A stretch of DNA of 32,000 nt from the NCBI RefSeq assembly GCF_000014785.1, contig NC_008340.1, forward strand, positions 60,001-92,000, given 5' to 3'. Position numbers and translations under genes: made by a program. The notes below the pieces were generated by a model. It saw nothing but the letters and a program-made list of their open reading frames with translations, did no database searches and was not told where the DNA came from. This DNA comes from Alkalilimnicola ehrlichii MLHE-1 (GTDB lineage: Bacteria; Pseudomonadota; Gammaproteobacteria; Nitrococcales; Halorhodospiraceae). Within the stretch, counting starts at the first letter, position 1. Each line of letters begins with the position of its first letter. Positions 8,618-18,871 of this stretch are shown here, one piece after another.

Positions 8618-9532
8618 ATGGCGACGCTGGATGACGACATCCGGCACTTCCTGCACCATCTCCGCTACGAGCGTGGGCTCTCTCCGCATACCCTCCAGGC
8701 CTATCAGCGCGACCTGACCCGGTTCCACCACTGGTGTGCGGAGAATGGACTGGCGGACCGGGACGCGGTCAGCGCCCACGATATCCGCCGCTTCGCCGCC
8801 GCCCGCCACCGTCAGGGGCTGGCCCCCGGCTCGGTGCAACGCACCCTCTCCAGCCTGCGCAGCCTGTTCCGTTACCTGGTCCGCGAGGGCCGCCTTACCG
8901 GCAATCCGGCGGAAGGGGTCGCTGCCCCCCGGCGCCCGCGCCGGCTGCCCGGGGTGTTGAGCCCCGACGAGGCCGCCCGGCTGTTGGAGGGTTCGCCGGA
9001 GGACGATCCGCTGGCCCTGCGCGACCGGGCGCTGTACGAGCTGATCTACTCCTCCGGGTTGCGTCTGGCTGAGGCAGTGGGCCTGGACCTGGGCCGGCTG
9101 GACCTCACCGAGGGCCTGGTGGAGGTGGTGGGCAAGGGCGCCAAGACCCGGCGGGTGCCCGTGGGCGGTAAGGCGCGTGAGGCCCTGCAGGCCTGGCTGG
9201 CGGTGCGTCCGGCGCTGGCCGGGGCGGATGAACCGGCGGTGTTCGTGAGCCAGCGCGGCGGGCGTCTCTCCGCGCGCAGCGTGCAGGCGCGGCTTGCCCG
9301 GCTGGCCACGCTCAGTGGGGTCGGCCGGCCGGTACACCCGCACATGCTGCGCCACTCCTTTGCCAGCCACCTGCTGGAGTCCAGTGGTGACCTGCGCGCC
9401 GTGCAGGAGCTGCTGGGACACGCCGATATCGCCACCACCCAGGTCTATACCCACCTCGATTTCCAGCACCTGGCCAGGGTCTACGACCAGGCCCATCCGC
9501 GGGCGCGCAAAGGGGGCGGCGGTAAGCGCTGA
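8618..9532 (+). CDS. xerC: Tyrosine site-specific recombinase XerC
   Basis: SAM-like N-domain, catalytic motifs YSSGLRLAE, HMLRHSFASHLLESSGDLRAVQELLGHADIATTQVYTHLDF. Confidence 0.95.
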   Translation: MATLDDDIRHFLHHLRYERGLSPHTLQAYQRDLTRFHHWCAENGLADRDAVSAHDIRRFAAARHRQGLAPGSVQRTLSSLRSLFRYLVREGRLTGNPAEGVAAPRRPRRLPGVLSPDEAARLLEGSPEDDPLALRDRALYELIYSSGLRLAEAVGLDLGRLDLTEGLVEVVGKGAKTRRVPVGGKAREALQAWLAVRPALAGADEPAVFVSQRGGRLSARSVQARLARLATLSGVGRPVHPHMLRHSFASHLLESSGDLRAVQELLGHADIATTQVYTHLDFQHLARVYDQAHPRARKGGGGKR

Positions 9533-9557
9533 CCCTGGAGCTGCAGCGGCCCCCGTG

Positions 9558-9586
9558 TTGACGGGAGTAGACGATCGGTCTAAATT
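9558..9586 (+). promoter_or_regulatory. Predicted promoter (TTGACG-N17-TAAATT) with embedded TetR-type operator TAGAC-GATCG-GTCTA (9568-9582)
   Basis: -35 at 9558-9563, -10 at 9581-9586; operator arms repeat upstream of acuI. Confidence 0.65.
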
Positions 9587-9592
9587 GCCAGC

Positions 9593-10225
9593 ATGACCTC
9601 AGTCACTGACAAGCCGCGCCGCGGCCGGCCCCCCAAGGTGCCGCGCCCCGAGGGTGACACCCGGGCCGCGCTGATCCGGAGCGGTACCGAGGTGCTCACC
9701 GAGCAGGGCTTCTCCGGCGCGGGCATTGACAGCATCCTCAGGCGTGTGGGGGTGCCCAAAGGCTCCTTCTACTATTATTTCGACAGCAAGGAGGCCTTCG
9801 GCCACGCCATCCTGGCGCATTACGGGGCCTATTTCGCGCACAAGCTGGACTGCCACCTGGGTAACACCACGCTGGCGCCGCTACGGCGGATTGAGGCCTT
9901 CGTTGCCGACGCCCGGGCGGGCATGGCGCGCCACGGCTATCGCCGTGGCTGCCTGGTGGGCAACTTGGGGCAGGAGGTGGGCCGGCTGCCGGAAAGCTAT
10001 CGCGACCGGCTGCAGAGCATCCTGGCTGACTGGCAGCAGCGACTGGCCCGCTGTCTGGAAGAGGCCCGGGCGTCAGGCGAGCTGGCTCCGGCCGCCGACT
10101 GCCAGCGGCTGGCCGAGGCCTTCTGGATCGGCTGGGAGGGTGCGGTGATGCGGGCCAGACTGGAGGCCGATGCGCGGCCGCTGGATGTCTTTATCACCAC
10201 CTATATGGAGGGCCTGCCCCGCTGA
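9593..10225 (+). CDS. TetR/AcrR family transcriptional regulator (AcuR/NemR-like)
   Basis: N-terminal HTH RSGTEVLTEQGFSGAGIDSILRRVGVPKGSFYYYFDSKEAF; C-terminal GYRRGCLVGNLGQEVG segment. Confidence 0.93.
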   Translation: MTSVTDKPRRGRPPKVPRPEGDTRAALIRSGTEVLTEQGFSGAGIDSILRRVGVPKGSFYYYFDSKEAFGHAILAHYGAYFAHKLDCHLGNTTLAPLRRIEAFVADARAGMARHGYRRGCLVGNLGQEVGRLPESYRDRLQSILADWQQRLARCLEEARASGELAPAADCQRLAEAFWIGWEGAVMRARLEADARPLDVFITTYMEGLPR

Positions 10226-10242
10226 GCTTTTTTCTCCATTAC

Positions 10243-10257
10243 TAGACGAGCAGTCTA
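10243..10257 (+). promoter_or_regulatory. Second copy of TetR-type operator (TAGAC-GAGCA-GTCTA) upstream of acuI
   Basis: Same arms and N5 spacer as 9568-9582; 18-nt blocks TAGACGAnCnGTCTAAAT match at 16/18. Confidence 0.7.
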
Positions 10258-10271
10258 AATAGAGGTGAACC

Positions 10272-11252
10272 ATGTTCAAGGCGATTCTGATCGAGAAGGG
10301 TGACGACGGGCAGCGGGTGGGGATCCAGACCCTGGACGAGGCCCAGCTGCCTGAGGGCGATGTCACCGTGAAGGTCGAGTGCAGCACGCTCAACTATAAG
10401 GACGGCCTGGCGATCACGGGCAAGGGGCCCGTGGTCAAGACCTTTCCCATGGTGCCGGGCATCGACTTTGCCGGCACGGTGGAGTCCTCGAGCTCGGATA
10501 ATTACAAGCCGGGGGATGCGGTCCTGCTCAACGGCTGGGGCGTTGGTGAAAAGCACTGGGGCGGGCTGGCCGAAAAGGCCCGGGTGGACAGCCGCTGGCT
10601 GATCCCACTGCCCAAGGCCTTCAACGCCCGGCAGGCCATGGCCATCGGCACCGCCGGCTATACCGCCATGCTCTCGGTGATGGCGTTGGAGCGCGAGGGC
10701 GTCACCCCGGATCAGGGCGAGGTGCTGGTGACCGGGGCCAGTGGCGGTGTGGGCAGCTACGCCATCGCGTTGCTGGCCCGGCTGGGTTACCACGTGGTGG
10801 CCTCCACCGGGCGGGCGCAGGAGGCGGACTACCTCCAAGGCCTGGGCGCCCGGGAGGTGATCGACCGCAAGACCCTGTCAGAGCCCGGCAAGCCGCTGGC
10901 CAAGGAACGCTGGGCGGGCGCCATCGACTCGGTGGGCAGCCACACCCTGGCCAACGTGCTGGCGGCCACCAAGTACGACGGCACCGTCGCCGCCTGCGGC
11001 CTGGCCCAGGGCATGGACCTGCCCGGCACGGTGGCGCCCTTCATCCTGCGCGATGTCACCCTGGCGGGCGTCGACAGTGTGATGAAGCCCACGGAGGCGC
11101 GGATCGAGGCCTGGCGCCGGCTCGGTGAGCTGATGGTGCCCGAGCAGATTGACGCCATCACCGAGACCATCGGCCTGGAAGCGGCCATCGACAAGGCCGG
11201 CGACCTGCTGGCGGGCAAGGTTCGCGGGCGGCTGGTGGTCGAGGTGGGGTAA
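10272..11252 (+). CDS. acuI: Zn-independent MDR oxidoreductase, acrylyl-CoA reductase AcuI/YhdH family
   Basis: [14 protein letters not shown]...[32 protein letters not shown]...[16 protein letters not shown]...[13 protein letters not shown]. Confidence 0.92.
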   Translation: MFKAILIEKGDDGQRVGIQTLDEAQLPEGDVTVKVECSTLNYKDGLAITGKGPVVKTFPMVPGIDFAGTVESSSSDNYKPGDAVLLNGWGVGEKHWGGLAEKARVDSRWLIPLPKAFNARQAMAIGTAGYTAMLSVMALEREGVTPDQGEVLVTGASGGVGSYAIALLARLGYHVVASTGRAQEADYLQGLGAREVIDRKTLSEPGKPLAKERWAGAIDSVGSHTLANVLAATKYDGTVAACGLAQGMDLPGTVAPFILRDVTLAGVDSVMKPTEARIEAWRRLGELMVPEQIDAITETIGLEAAIDKAGDLLAGKVRGRLVVEVG

Positions 11253-11293
11253 CCGCGCCACCGCCTGCCCAATCCACAACCCGGACCGTTCAG

Positions 11294-11320
11294 GCCCATA
11301 CGGGGTTCGCCCGTATGGGC
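11294..11320. repeat. Perfect 11-bp inverted repeat with 5-nt loop (acuI-hslV intergenic)
   Basis: GCCCATACGGG-GTTCG-CCCGTATGGGC. Confidence 0.85.
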
Positions 11321-11433
11321 AAGGTCCACCCCGCCTTCAGACACCGTGCCACCCTACCGGCCCGGGTGGTACAGCCGCGCGACGCCTCATGTAGAATGAT
11401 CGGCCAACTCTCTCACCGAATCCGGGAGGCGTC

Positions 11434-11985
11434 GTGGAACAGTTCAGAGGCACGACCATACTGGCCGCCAGACGCGACGGTCAGGTGGTGATCGGCGGTG
11501 ACGGCCAGGTCACCCTGGGCCATACCGTCATGAAGGGCAACGCCCGCAAGGTGCGCCGGCTCCACAACGGCCGGGTGTTGGCCGGTTTTGCCGGCGGCAC
11601 GGCGGACGCCTTCACCCTGTTCGAACGCTTTGAGGGCCAGCTGGAGAAATACCGCGGCAACCTCACCCGGGCCGCCGTCGAGATGGCCAAGGACTGGCGC
11701 TCGGACCGTGTCCTGCGCCGCCTGGAGGCGCTGCTGATCGTCGCCGACCGCGAGGCCATGCTGGTCATCTCCGGCAATGGCGATGTCATCGACCCCGAGG
11801 ACGACCTGGTGGCCATCGGCTCCGGCGGCCCCTACGCCCAGGCGGCGGCCACGGCCCTGATGCGCCACAGTCAGCTCTCCGCCCGAGAGCTGGTGGAGCA
11901 GGCCCTGGGTATCGCCGGCGATATCTGCATCTATACCAACCGCAACCTCAGCATCGAGGAACTGGGTCCCGATAGCGAGGACTGA
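11434..11985 (+). CDS. hslV: ATP-dependent protease subunit HslV
   Basis: [26 protein letters not shown]; N-terminal Thr peptidase motif. Confidence 0.97.
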   Translation: MEQFRGTTILAARRDGQVVIGGDGQVTLGHTVMKGNARKVRRLHNGRVLAGFAGGTADAFTLFERFEGQLEKYRGNLTRAAVEMAKDWRSDRVLRRLEALLIVADREAMLVISGNGDVIDPEDDLVAIGSGGPYAQAAATALMRHSQLSARELVEQALGIAGDICIYTNRNLSIEELGPDSED

Positions 11986-11999
11986 AGGCAGGTAACCCC

Positions 12000-13322
12000 A
12001 TGTCCGAAATGACGCCCCGTGAAATCGTCCAGGAACTGGACAAGTACATCATCGGCCAGGACGCCGCCAAGCGCTCCGTGGCCATCGCCCTGCGCAACCG
12101 CTGGCGCCGCATGCAGGTGGACGAGGCCCTGCAGCCGGAGATCACGCCGAAGAACATCCTGATGATCGGCCCCACCGGTGTGGGCAAGACGGAGATCGCC
12201 CGTCGCCTGGCGAAACTGGCGCGGGCGCCCTTCATCAAGATCGAGGCGACCAAGTTCACCGAAGTGGGCTACGTCGGACGCGATGTGGAGTCTATCATCC
12301 GCGATCTGGTGGATATCGCCATCAAACTGGTCCGTGAGGAGGCGATGGAGCGGGTGCAGCACCAGGCCGCCGACGCCGCCGAGGACCGGGTGCTGGACAT
12401 CATGCTGCCCCGGGCCCAGAGCTTCGATCAGGAGGACCCCAGCGCCGGCACGCGCCAGAAGCTGCGCAAGAAGCTGCGCGAGGGGGCGCTGGACGACCGC
12501 GAGATCGAGGTGGAGCTGCGCGCCTCGCCCATGGGCGTGGAGATCATGGCGCCGCCCGGCATGGAGGAGATGACCAACCAGCTCCAGCAGATGTTCCAGA
12601 ACTTCGGCGGCGAGAAGACCAAGCGCCGCAAGATGAAGGTCAAGGACGCGCTGGAGGTGCTCAAGGACGAGGAGGCCGCCCGACTGGTCAACGACGAGGA
12701 CCTGAAGGCCGAGGCAGTGGAGCGCGTGGAGCAGAACGCCATCGTCTTCCTGGACGAGATCGACAAGGTCTGCAAGCGCGCCGAGCAGGGCACCGGCGGG
12801 GACGTCTCCCGTGAGGGGGTGCAGCGCGACCTGTTGCCGCTGGTGGAGGGTTCCACGGTCTCCACCAAGCACGGCATGGTGCGCACCGACCACATCCTGT
12901 TCATCGCCTCCGGCGCCTTCCACCTGTCCAAGCCCTCCGACCTGATCCCCGAACTGCAGGGGCGGCTGCCCATCCGGGTGGAGCTGGAGGCGCTGACCAC
13001 CGACGACTTCGTGCGCATCCTCAGCGAGCCCAGCGCGTCGCTGGTCCACCAGTACCAGGCGCTGATCGCCACCGAGGGCTGTGAGCTCGAGTTCACTGAG
13101 GACGGCATCCGCCGGGTGGCGGAGGTGGCCTGGGAGGTCAACAGCCGCACCGAGAACATCGGCGCCCGCCGCCTGCACACGGTGATGGAGCGGCTGCTGG
13201 AGGAGATCTCCTACAGCGCGGCGGACCGTGGTGGGCAGCAGGTGACCGTGGACGCCGATTACGTCGATCAACACCTGGGTGGCCTGGTACAGGATGAGGA
13301 CCTGAGCCGGTATATTCTCTAG
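12000..13322 (+). CDS. hslU: ATP-dependent protease ATPase subunit HslU
   Basis: [39 protein letters not shown], Walker [17 protein letters not shown]-terminal EDLSRYIL. Confidence 0.98.
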   Translation: MSEMTPREIVQELDKYIIGQDAAKRSVAIALRNRWRRMQVDEALQPEITPKNILMIGPTGVGKTEIARRLAKLARAPFIKIEATKFTEVGYVGRDVESIIRDLVDIAIKLVREEAMERVQHQAADAAEDRVLDIMLPRAQSFDQEDPSAGTRQKLRKKLREGALDDREIEVELRASPMGVEIMAPPGMEEMTNQLQQMFQNFGGEKTKRRKMKVKDALEVLKDEEAARLVNDEDLKAEAVERVEQNAIVFLDEIDKVCKRAEQGTGGDVSREGVQRDLLPLVEGSTVSTKHGMVRTDHILFIASGAFHLSKPSDLIPELQGRLPIRVELEALTTDDFVRILSEPSASLVHQYQALIATEGCELEFTEDGIRRVAEVAWEVNSRTENIGARRLHTVMERLLEEISYSAADRGGQQVTVDADYVDQHLGGLVQDEDLSRYIL

Positions 13323-13393
13323 AGATGAGCCGGTTGGCGCGGCCCGCTCCGAGGTGGGCAGCGCCCGGTCCGATTTCCGGTTGGAGCAGAGCT

Positions 13394-13765
13394 ATGAAAG
13401 TCCCCAGCAACATCCGCCTGCACAAGGCCTCGCGCGTCCTGGAGGTGCAGTTCGACGACGAGGTCTTTCACCTGCCCTGCGAGTATCTGCGGGTGCACAG
13501 CCCCTCCGCCGAGGTGCAGGGCCACGGGCCCGGCCAGGCCGTGCTGCAGACCGGCAAGGAGGCGGTGAACATCACCGAGATCGAGCCGGTGGGCAGTTAC
13601 GCGGTGCGGCTGCGCTTCGACGATGGCCATGCCACCGGGCTCTACACCTGGGAGCTGCTCTACGATCTGGGCCGCAACCAGGAGGCCTATTGGCAGCGTT
13701 ACCTGGAGCGCCTCGCCGAGGCGGGCTACACCCGGCACGAGCCGGCCGACAGCGGGAGGCACTAG
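13394..13765 (+). CDS. DUF971 domain protein (gamma-butyrobetaine hydroxylase-like N-terminal domain)
   Basis: PSNIRLHKASRVLEVQFDDEVFHLPCEYLRVHSPSAEVQGHG...GSYAVRLRFDDGHATGLYTWELLYDLG; start at ATG 13394, track opens at 13325. Confidence 0.9.
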   Translation: MKVPSNIRLHKASRVLEVQFDDEVFHLPCEYLRVHSPSAEVQGHGPGQAVLQTGKEAVNITEIEPVGSYAVRLRFDDGHATGLYTWELLYDLGRNQEAYWQRYLERLAEAGYTRHEPADSGRH

Positions 13766-13768
13766 CCC

Positions 13769-14545
13769 ATGAACGACAGGTCCGGAGACACGCGTTCGAA
13801 GCGGGACGGCACCATTGATTTCGGCTATCAGCAGGTGCCGGTGCAGGAGAAGGCCCGGCGGGTCGGCCAGGTCTTCCGCTCGGTGGCCGACCGCTACGAC
13901 CTGATGAACGACTTGATGTCGGCGGGCCTGCACCGGCTCTGGAAGCACCAGGCCATCAACCGGGTGCAACCCCGGCGTGGCCACCGCATCCTCGACCTGG
14001 CCGCCGGTACCGGCGATTTGACACTGGCGCTGTCCAAGCGGGTCGGGCCGGAGGGCCAGGTGGTCATGACCGACATCAACGAGGCCATGCTCGCCCGCGG
14101 TCGCGACCGCATGATTGACGCCGGCCGGGTGGACAATGTCCGCTACGCCCTCTGCAACGCCGAGGCGCTGCCCTTCCCCGACCAGTACTTCGATCGCGTC
14201 ACCATCGCCTTCGGGCTGCGCAACGTCACCCACAAGGACACCGCCCTGCGCGAGATGTACCGGGTGCTCAAGCCGGGCGGCTGGGCGACTGTGCTGGAGT
14301 TCTCGCGAGTCTATATCCCGCCGCTGCGCCCGGTGTACGATCTTTACTCGTTCCGGGTGCTGCCGCTGATGGGGCGGCTGGTCGCCAACGACGCCGAGAG
14401 CTACCGCTATCTGGCCGAATCCATCCGCATGCACCCGCCGCAGGAGCAATTGGCCGCGATGATGGCCGAGGCCGGCTTCGAGGATTGTGACTACCTCAAC
14501 CTGTCGGCCGGTGTGGTCGCCATCCACCGGGGTTTCCGCTACTGA
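13769..14545 (+). CDS. ubiE: Bifunctional demethylmenaquinone/ubiquinone methyltransferase UbiE
   Basis: [28 protein letters not shown]...[12 protein letters not shown]-type motif, NCFGLRN-like [24 protein letters not shown]. Confidence 0.97.
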   Translation: MNDRSGDTRSKRDGTIDFGYQQVPVQEKARRVGQVFRSVADRYDLMNDLMSAGLHRLWKHQAINRVQPRRGHRILDLAAGTGDLTLALSKRVGPEGQVVMTDINEAMLARGRDRMIDAGRVDNVRYALCNAEALPFPDQYFDRVTIAFGLRNVTHKDTALREMYRVLKPGGWATVLEFSRVYIPPLRPVYDLYSFRVLPLMGRLVANDAESYRYLAESIRMHPPQEQLAAMMAEAGFEDCDYLNLSAGVVAIHRGFRY

Positions 14546-14546
14546 C

Positions 14547-15176
14547 ATGACCGCCTGGGATCTCGTCTGCACCACTCTGCAGCGCCTGCTGGACACCGTC
14601 CTGGCGCTGGACCCGGACACCCCACTGCGCCTGCGCCCGCTGGCGGGCCGGCAGGTCTCGGTGGAGCTGGTGGACGGCGGCCGGCTGCTGCTGAGTTTCA
14701 CCGCCACCGGTGTCACCGTCACCCCGCTGCGGGAGGAGGACGACGGCGGCGCCCAGGCCCACATCCGCACCACCCCCGGCGCCCTGCTGGCCCTGGCCCG
14801 GCGCCGCGGCGAGGGCGCGGAGGGGTTCGAGTTCCGCGGCGATGTCCACACCGTGCAGGCGGTGCGCGACTTCTTCTCCGGGCTGGAGGTGGACTGGGAG
14901 GCCCAGTTGGCCCGGGTGGTGGGGGACATCCCCGCCCACGAGGTGGGCCGCCTGCTCCGCGGGCTTGGCCAGTGGGGGGGCGAGGTGCTGGAATCGGCCC
15001 GGCTCAACCTGGGCGAGTACCTCACCGAGGAGGGCCGGCTGCTGCCGCCCCGGGCCGAGGTGCGCGGCTTTGTCGAGGAGGTCAGCGTGCTGCGCCAGGA
15101 CGCCGACCGGCTGGCCGCCCGCATCGCCCGGCTGGAGCGCCGCCACGGCCAAGGGTCCGCGGGGGGCGGGGTATGA
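14547..15176 (+). CDS. ubiJ: Ubiquinone biosynthesis accessory factor UbiJ (SCP2 domain)
   Basis: [41 protein letters not shown]...; position between ubiE and ubiB. Confidence 0.88.
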   Translation: MTAWDLVCTTLQRLLDTVLALDPDTPLRLRPLAGRQVSVELVDGGRLLLSFTATGVTVTPLREEDDGGAQAHIRTTPGALLALARRRGEGAEGFEFRGDVHTVQAVRDFFSGLEVDWEAQLARVVGDIPAHEVGRLLRGLGQWGGEVLESARLNLGEYLTEEGRLLPPRAEVRGFVEEVSVLRQDADRLAARIARLERRHGQGSAGGGV

Positions 15177-16834
15177 TCCGTCTCGGTCGCCTGCCCCGCC
15201 TCATTTACATCAACTGGGTCCTGCTGCGCCACGGCCTGGACGAGGTCATCCTGGCCACCCACCTGTTCCGGCCGCTGCGCTTTCTCGGCTGGTTCATGCC
15301 CTGGCGCTGGCTGCGCCGCCGGCATATCCCGCGGGGTCAGCGCATTCGTGGCGCCCTGGAGGACCTGGGGCCGATCTTCGTCAAGTTCGGACAGATCCTC
15401 TCCACCCGTCGCGATCTGCTGCCGCCGGATATCTCCGAGGAGCTGGCCCGGCTGCAGGATCGGGTGCCGCCCTTTCCGGGCAGCGAGGCCCGGGCCATCG
15501 TCGAGCGGGCCTATGGGCATAGCCTGGACGAGTACTTCGAGCACTTTGACGAGGTGCCACTGGCCTCTGCCTCCATCGCCCAGGTGCACCTGGGTCGGCT
15601 GCGGGATGGCCGCGATGTGGTGGTGAAGGTGGTGCGCCCGGGCATCCCCCGGGTGATCCGCCGCGACCTGGATCTGATGTACACGGTGGCCGGCCTGGCC
15701 GAGCGCTACTGGAGTGAGGGCAAGCGGCTGCACCCCATGGACGTGGTGCGCGAGTTCGAGAAGAACCTCTACGACGAACTGGACCTGATGCGCGAGGCGG
15801 CCAACGCCTCGCAGCTACGGCGCAACTTCGAGGGCTCCGCCCTGCTCTACGTGCCTGAGGTGGACTGGCCGCTGACCCGGCGCGACGTCATGGTCATGGA
15901 GCGCATCCAGGGCATCCACATCAGCGACGTGGAGACCCTGCGTGCCCGTGGCGTGGACATGCAGGCGCTGGCCGAGCGGGGGGTGGAGATCTTCTTCACC
16001 CAGGTCTTCCGCGACAGCTTCTTCCACGCAGACATGCACCCGGGCAACATCTTCGTCGACCCGGACCGGCCGGACGACCCCCGCTACCTGGCGGTGGATT
16101 TCGGCATCATGGGCACTCTCAACCCCACCGACCACCGCTATCTGGCGGAGAACTTCCTGGCCTTCTTCAACCGCGACTACCGCCGGGTGGCGGAGCTGCA
16201 CGTGGAGTCGGGCTGGGTGCCGCCGGATACCCGGGTGGATGAGTTCGAGGCCGCCATCCGCACCGTCTGCGAGCCGATCTTCGAGCGCCCGCTGCACGAG
16301 ATCTCCTTCGGCGCACTGCTGCTGCGGCTGTTCCAGACCGGCCGGCGCTTCAACATGGAGGTGCAGCCGCAACTGGTGCTGTTGCAGAAGACCCTGCTCA
16401 ACATCGAGGGGCTGGGCCGCGACCTCTACCCGGAGCTGGACCTGTGGAAGACCGCCAAGCCCCATCTGCAGCGCTGGATGGACGAACAGGTGGGGCCGCG
16501 CTCCGTCCTCGCCAAGTTCCGCCGCCAGTTGCCGCGCCTGGGTGAGGAGCTGCCGGACCTGCCCATGCGGGTGATCAAGACCCTCAACGAGGTGGAGGCC
16601 CTGCGCTCCGAGGTGGAGGCCCAGAACCGGCAGCTCTCGCAGCTGCGCCGGGAGATCCGGCTGGGCAGTGCGCGCAGCTTCGCCACCATCAGCGGCGCAG
16701 CGCTGATCATCAGTGCCTTCGTGCTGCTGGGGCTGGACGGCTATGCCCCGGCCATGCTCGGCGACGCCCCCTTCATGACCTGGGTGCTGGGCGGTGCCGG
16801 CGGTCTGCTGCTGCTGGCCGCCTGGCCCCGTTAA
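15173..16834 (+). CDS. ubiB: Ubiquinone biosynthesis regulatory protein kinase UbiB
   Basis: ABC1/ADCK-family motifs [56 protein letters not shown]. Confidence 0.96.
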   Translation: MIRLGRLPRLIYINWVLLRHGLDEVILATHLFRPLRFLGWFMPWRWLRRRHIPRGQRIRGALEDLGPIFVKFGQILSTRRDLLPPDISEELARLQDRVPPFPGSEARAIVERAYGHSLDEYFEHFDEVPLASASIAQVHLGRLRDGRDVVVKVVRPGIPRVIRRDLDLMYTVAGLAERYWSEGKRLHPMDVVREFEKNLYDELDLMREAANASQLRRNFEGSALLYVPEVDWPLTRRDVMVMERIQGIHISDVETLRARGVDMQALAERGVEIFFTQVFRDSFFHADMHPGNIFVDPDRPDDPRYLAVDFGIMGTLNPTDHRYLAENFLAFFNRDYRRVAELHVESGWVPPDTRVDEFEAAIRTVCEPIFERPLHEISFGALLLRLFQTGRRFNMEVQPQLVLLQKTLLNIEGLGRDLYPELDLWKTAKPHLQRWMDEQVGPRSVLAKFRRQLPRLGEELPDLPMRVIKTLNEVEALRSEVEAQNRQLSQLRREIRLGSARSFATISGAALIISAFVLLGLDGYAPAMLGDAPFMTWVLGGAGGLLLLAAWPR

Positions 16835-16837
16835 CTG

Positions 16838-16860
16838 GCCCGGTTAAACCGCCACCGGGC
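16838..16860. terminator. Hairpin between convergent ubiB and speA
   Basis: GCCCGGT-TAAACCGCC-ACCGGGC; perfect 7-bp arms, no T tract. Confidence 0.35.
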
Positions 16861-16865
16861 GCCGG

Positions 16866-18752
16866 TCAGGTGTCCAGGTAGGTGTAGCCCCTCAGCCCCG
16901 CCTCCAGGTCCGCCAGACACTGCGCCCGCGCCGTCGCGTCCAGGCCGGCCGCGGCCACGACCCGCTCGCGGTAGATCCCCCGCAGCACCTCAGCATCGAA
17001 GTCCACGTAGCGCAGCACGTCGGTGATGGTGTCGCCGTGGGCGGCACCGCTCAGCGCGTAGCCTTCCCCGGTCAGGCGCACGTTGACCGAGTGGGTGTCG
17101 CCAAACAGGTTGTGCATATCGCCCAGGATCTCCTGGTAGGCCCCGACCAGGAAGATCCCCAGCAGGTAGGGCTCGCCCGGCCGCCAGGGCGGCAGTGGCA
17201 GGGTGCTCTCCACCCCGTCGCGGTCCACATAGCCGCGGATACAGCCGTCGGAATCGCAGGTCAGGTCCTGGAGCACGGCCCGGCTGGCCGGCGGCTCGTC
17301 CAGGCGCTGCAGCGGCAGCACCGGGAAGATCTGGTCGATGGCCCAGACGTCGGGCATGGACTGGAACAGCGAGAAGTTGCAGAAGAGCTTGTCCGCCAGC
17401 TTCTCGTTCAGCTCGTCCAGGAGCTCGCGGTGCGGCCGCCGGCGGGGGTCGAGCCGCTGCAGCAGGGCGTGGCAGACGGCCTGCCAGATCCGCTCGGCGC
17501 GGGCCCGGTCGGTCAGGTTCAGCACCCCGTGGGCGTACAGCTCCTGCGCCTCGGCCAGGCCGTGGGCGGCGTCGTGATAGGCCTCCAGCGGATGGCGCCG
17601 GTCCAGCCCGGTCCAGACGGTCCAGAGCTCGTGCAGCACCCGCGGGGCGGCGTCGGCCGGGGCGAGTAGATCGGCGCCACCCGGCACCCGGTCGCCGTCG
17701 ATTACATCGGTGATCAGCACCGCGTGGTGGGCGGTCATGGCGCGGCCGGACTCGGTGATGATGTCCGGGTGCGGCAGGCCCTCGTCCTCGCACACCTGCC
17801 ACAGGGCATGCACCACGTTGTGGGCGTATTCGGCCACGGTGTAGTTCATGGAGCAGAAGCTGCGCGAGCGGCTGCCCTCGTAGTCCACCCCCAACCCGCC
17901 GCCCACGTCCACGGTCTCCACCGGGGCGCCCAGGGCGCGCAGCTCGGCGTAGTAGCGGGCGGCCTCGCGCATGCCGCGGCGGATATCGCGGATGTTGGGG
18001 ATCTGCGAGCCCAGGTGGAAGTGCAGCAGCCGCAGCCAGTCAAGACAGCCGGCGGCCCGCAGCCGGTCCACCACCGCCAGCGCCTGGGCGGCGGTGAGGC
18101 CGAATTTCGACTTCTCGCCGCCGGTGTTCTGCCACTTGCCGGCACCGATGGTGGCCAGCCGCACCCGCATCCCCAGGCTGGGGGTGACGCCCAGGGCGGC
18201 GGCCTCCTCCAGCACCAGCTCCAGCTCCGAGGCCTTCTCAATCACCAGGTGGACCTGCAGGCCCAACTGCCGGCCGCGCAGCGCCAGGCGCACGTACTCG
18301 CGGTCCTTGTAGCCGTTGCAGACCACCGTGCCCCCGGGCGGGGTGAGCGCGAGCACCGCCATCAGCTCCGGCTTGCTGCCCGCTTCCAGACCCACCCGGC
18401 CGTTGCCGTGGCGGATGATCTCCTCCACCACCCGGCGCTGCTGGTTGACCTTGATCGGATAGACGGCGCGGTAGCCGCCCCGGTAGCCGTCCTCGACCAT
18501 GGCCTGCCGAAAGGCCTGGCAGAGGCTGTCCACCCGGTCGTGGAGGATATCGAGGAAGCGCACCAGTACCGGCAGTCCCAGACCCTGGTGGCGGGCCTCG
18601 GCGGCGATCCCGGCCAGGTCCAGCGGCGCGCGGGCGGGGTCGCGGTCGGGCCGAGCCACCACCCGGCCCTCGTCGCTGATGTCGAAATAGCCGCCGCTCC
18701 AGTGCTGCACGCTCCAGACCTGGCGGGCCAGCCCGATGCTCCAATCGCTCAT
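16866..18752 (-). CDS. speA: Biosynthetic arginine decarboxylase SpeA
   Basis: GLARQVWSVQHWSGGYFDIS...YPIKVNQQRRVVEEIIRHG...GLEAGSKPELMAVLAL...NFSLFQSMPDVWAIDQIFPVLPLQRL. Start at MSDWSIG. Confidence 0.96.
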   Translation of the reverse strand: MSDWSIGLARQVWSVQHWSGGYFDISDEGRVVARPDRDPARAPLDLAGIAAEARHQGLGLPVLVRFLDILHDRVDSLCQAFRQAMVEDGYRGGYRAVYPIKVNQQRRVVEEIIRHGNGRVGLEAGSKPELMAVLALTPPGGTVVCNGYKDREYVRLALRGRQLGLQVHLVIEKASELELVLEEAAALGVTPSLGMRVRLATIGAGKWQNTGGEKSKFGLTAAQALAVVDRLRAAGCLDWLRLLHFHLGSQIPNIRDIRRGMREAARYYAELRALGAPVETVDVGGGLGVDYEGSRSRSFCSMNYTVAEYAHNVVHALWQVCEDEGLPHPDIITESGRAMTAHHAVLITDVIDGDRVPGGADLLAPADAAPRVLHELWTVWTGLDRRHPLEAYHDAAHGLAEAQELYAHGVLNLTDRARAERIWQAVCHALLQRLDPRRRPHRELLDELNEKLADKLFCNFSLFQSMPDVWAIDQIFPVLPLQRLDEPPASRAVLQDLTCDSDGCIRGYVDRDGVESTLPLPPWRPGEPYLLGIFLVGAYQEILGDMHNLFGDTHSVNVRLTGEGYALSGAAHGDTITDVLRYVDFDAEVLRGIYRERVVAAAGLDATARAQCLADLEAGLRGYTYLDT

Positions 18753-18814
18753 AGTGCCTGTTCCTGCCAAACCGTTGGGGCACCCGGCCTCGTGGGCCTC
18801 GGCGCGGGCGCCAT

Positions 18815-18837
18815 ATGGTACCACCCGGTGGTATCAT
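18815..18837. promoter_or_regulatory. 23-bp near-perfect palindrome in divergent speA/speE promoter region
   Basis: ATGGTACCACC-C-GGTGGTATCAT, 10 of 11 pairs. Confidence 0.6.
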
Positions 18838-18871
18838 TGCCGCCCCCGGAAACAGCGCGCGGAGTGGCGTG

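Noticed and set aside
6815-9496. 893-aa minus-strand ORF opposite dapF, DUF484 and xerC
   Set aside because: Spans several well-supported plus-strand genes and has no recognisable domain; typical high-GC shadow ORF.
8618-9532. Tyrosine recombinase as a sign of an integrated element
   Set aside because: It is a housekeeping XerC in the conserved dapF-DUF484-xerC order, with no att-like repeats or cargo genes seen nearby.
13319-15733. 804-aa minus-strand ORF opposite DUF971, ubiE, ubiJ and ubiB
   Set aside because: Antisense to four confident genes, low-complexity composition.
16990-17802. 270-aa ORF in a minus-strand alternative frame inside speA
   Set aside because: Ala/Arg/Pro/Gly-rich alternate frame within a strongly conserved gene.
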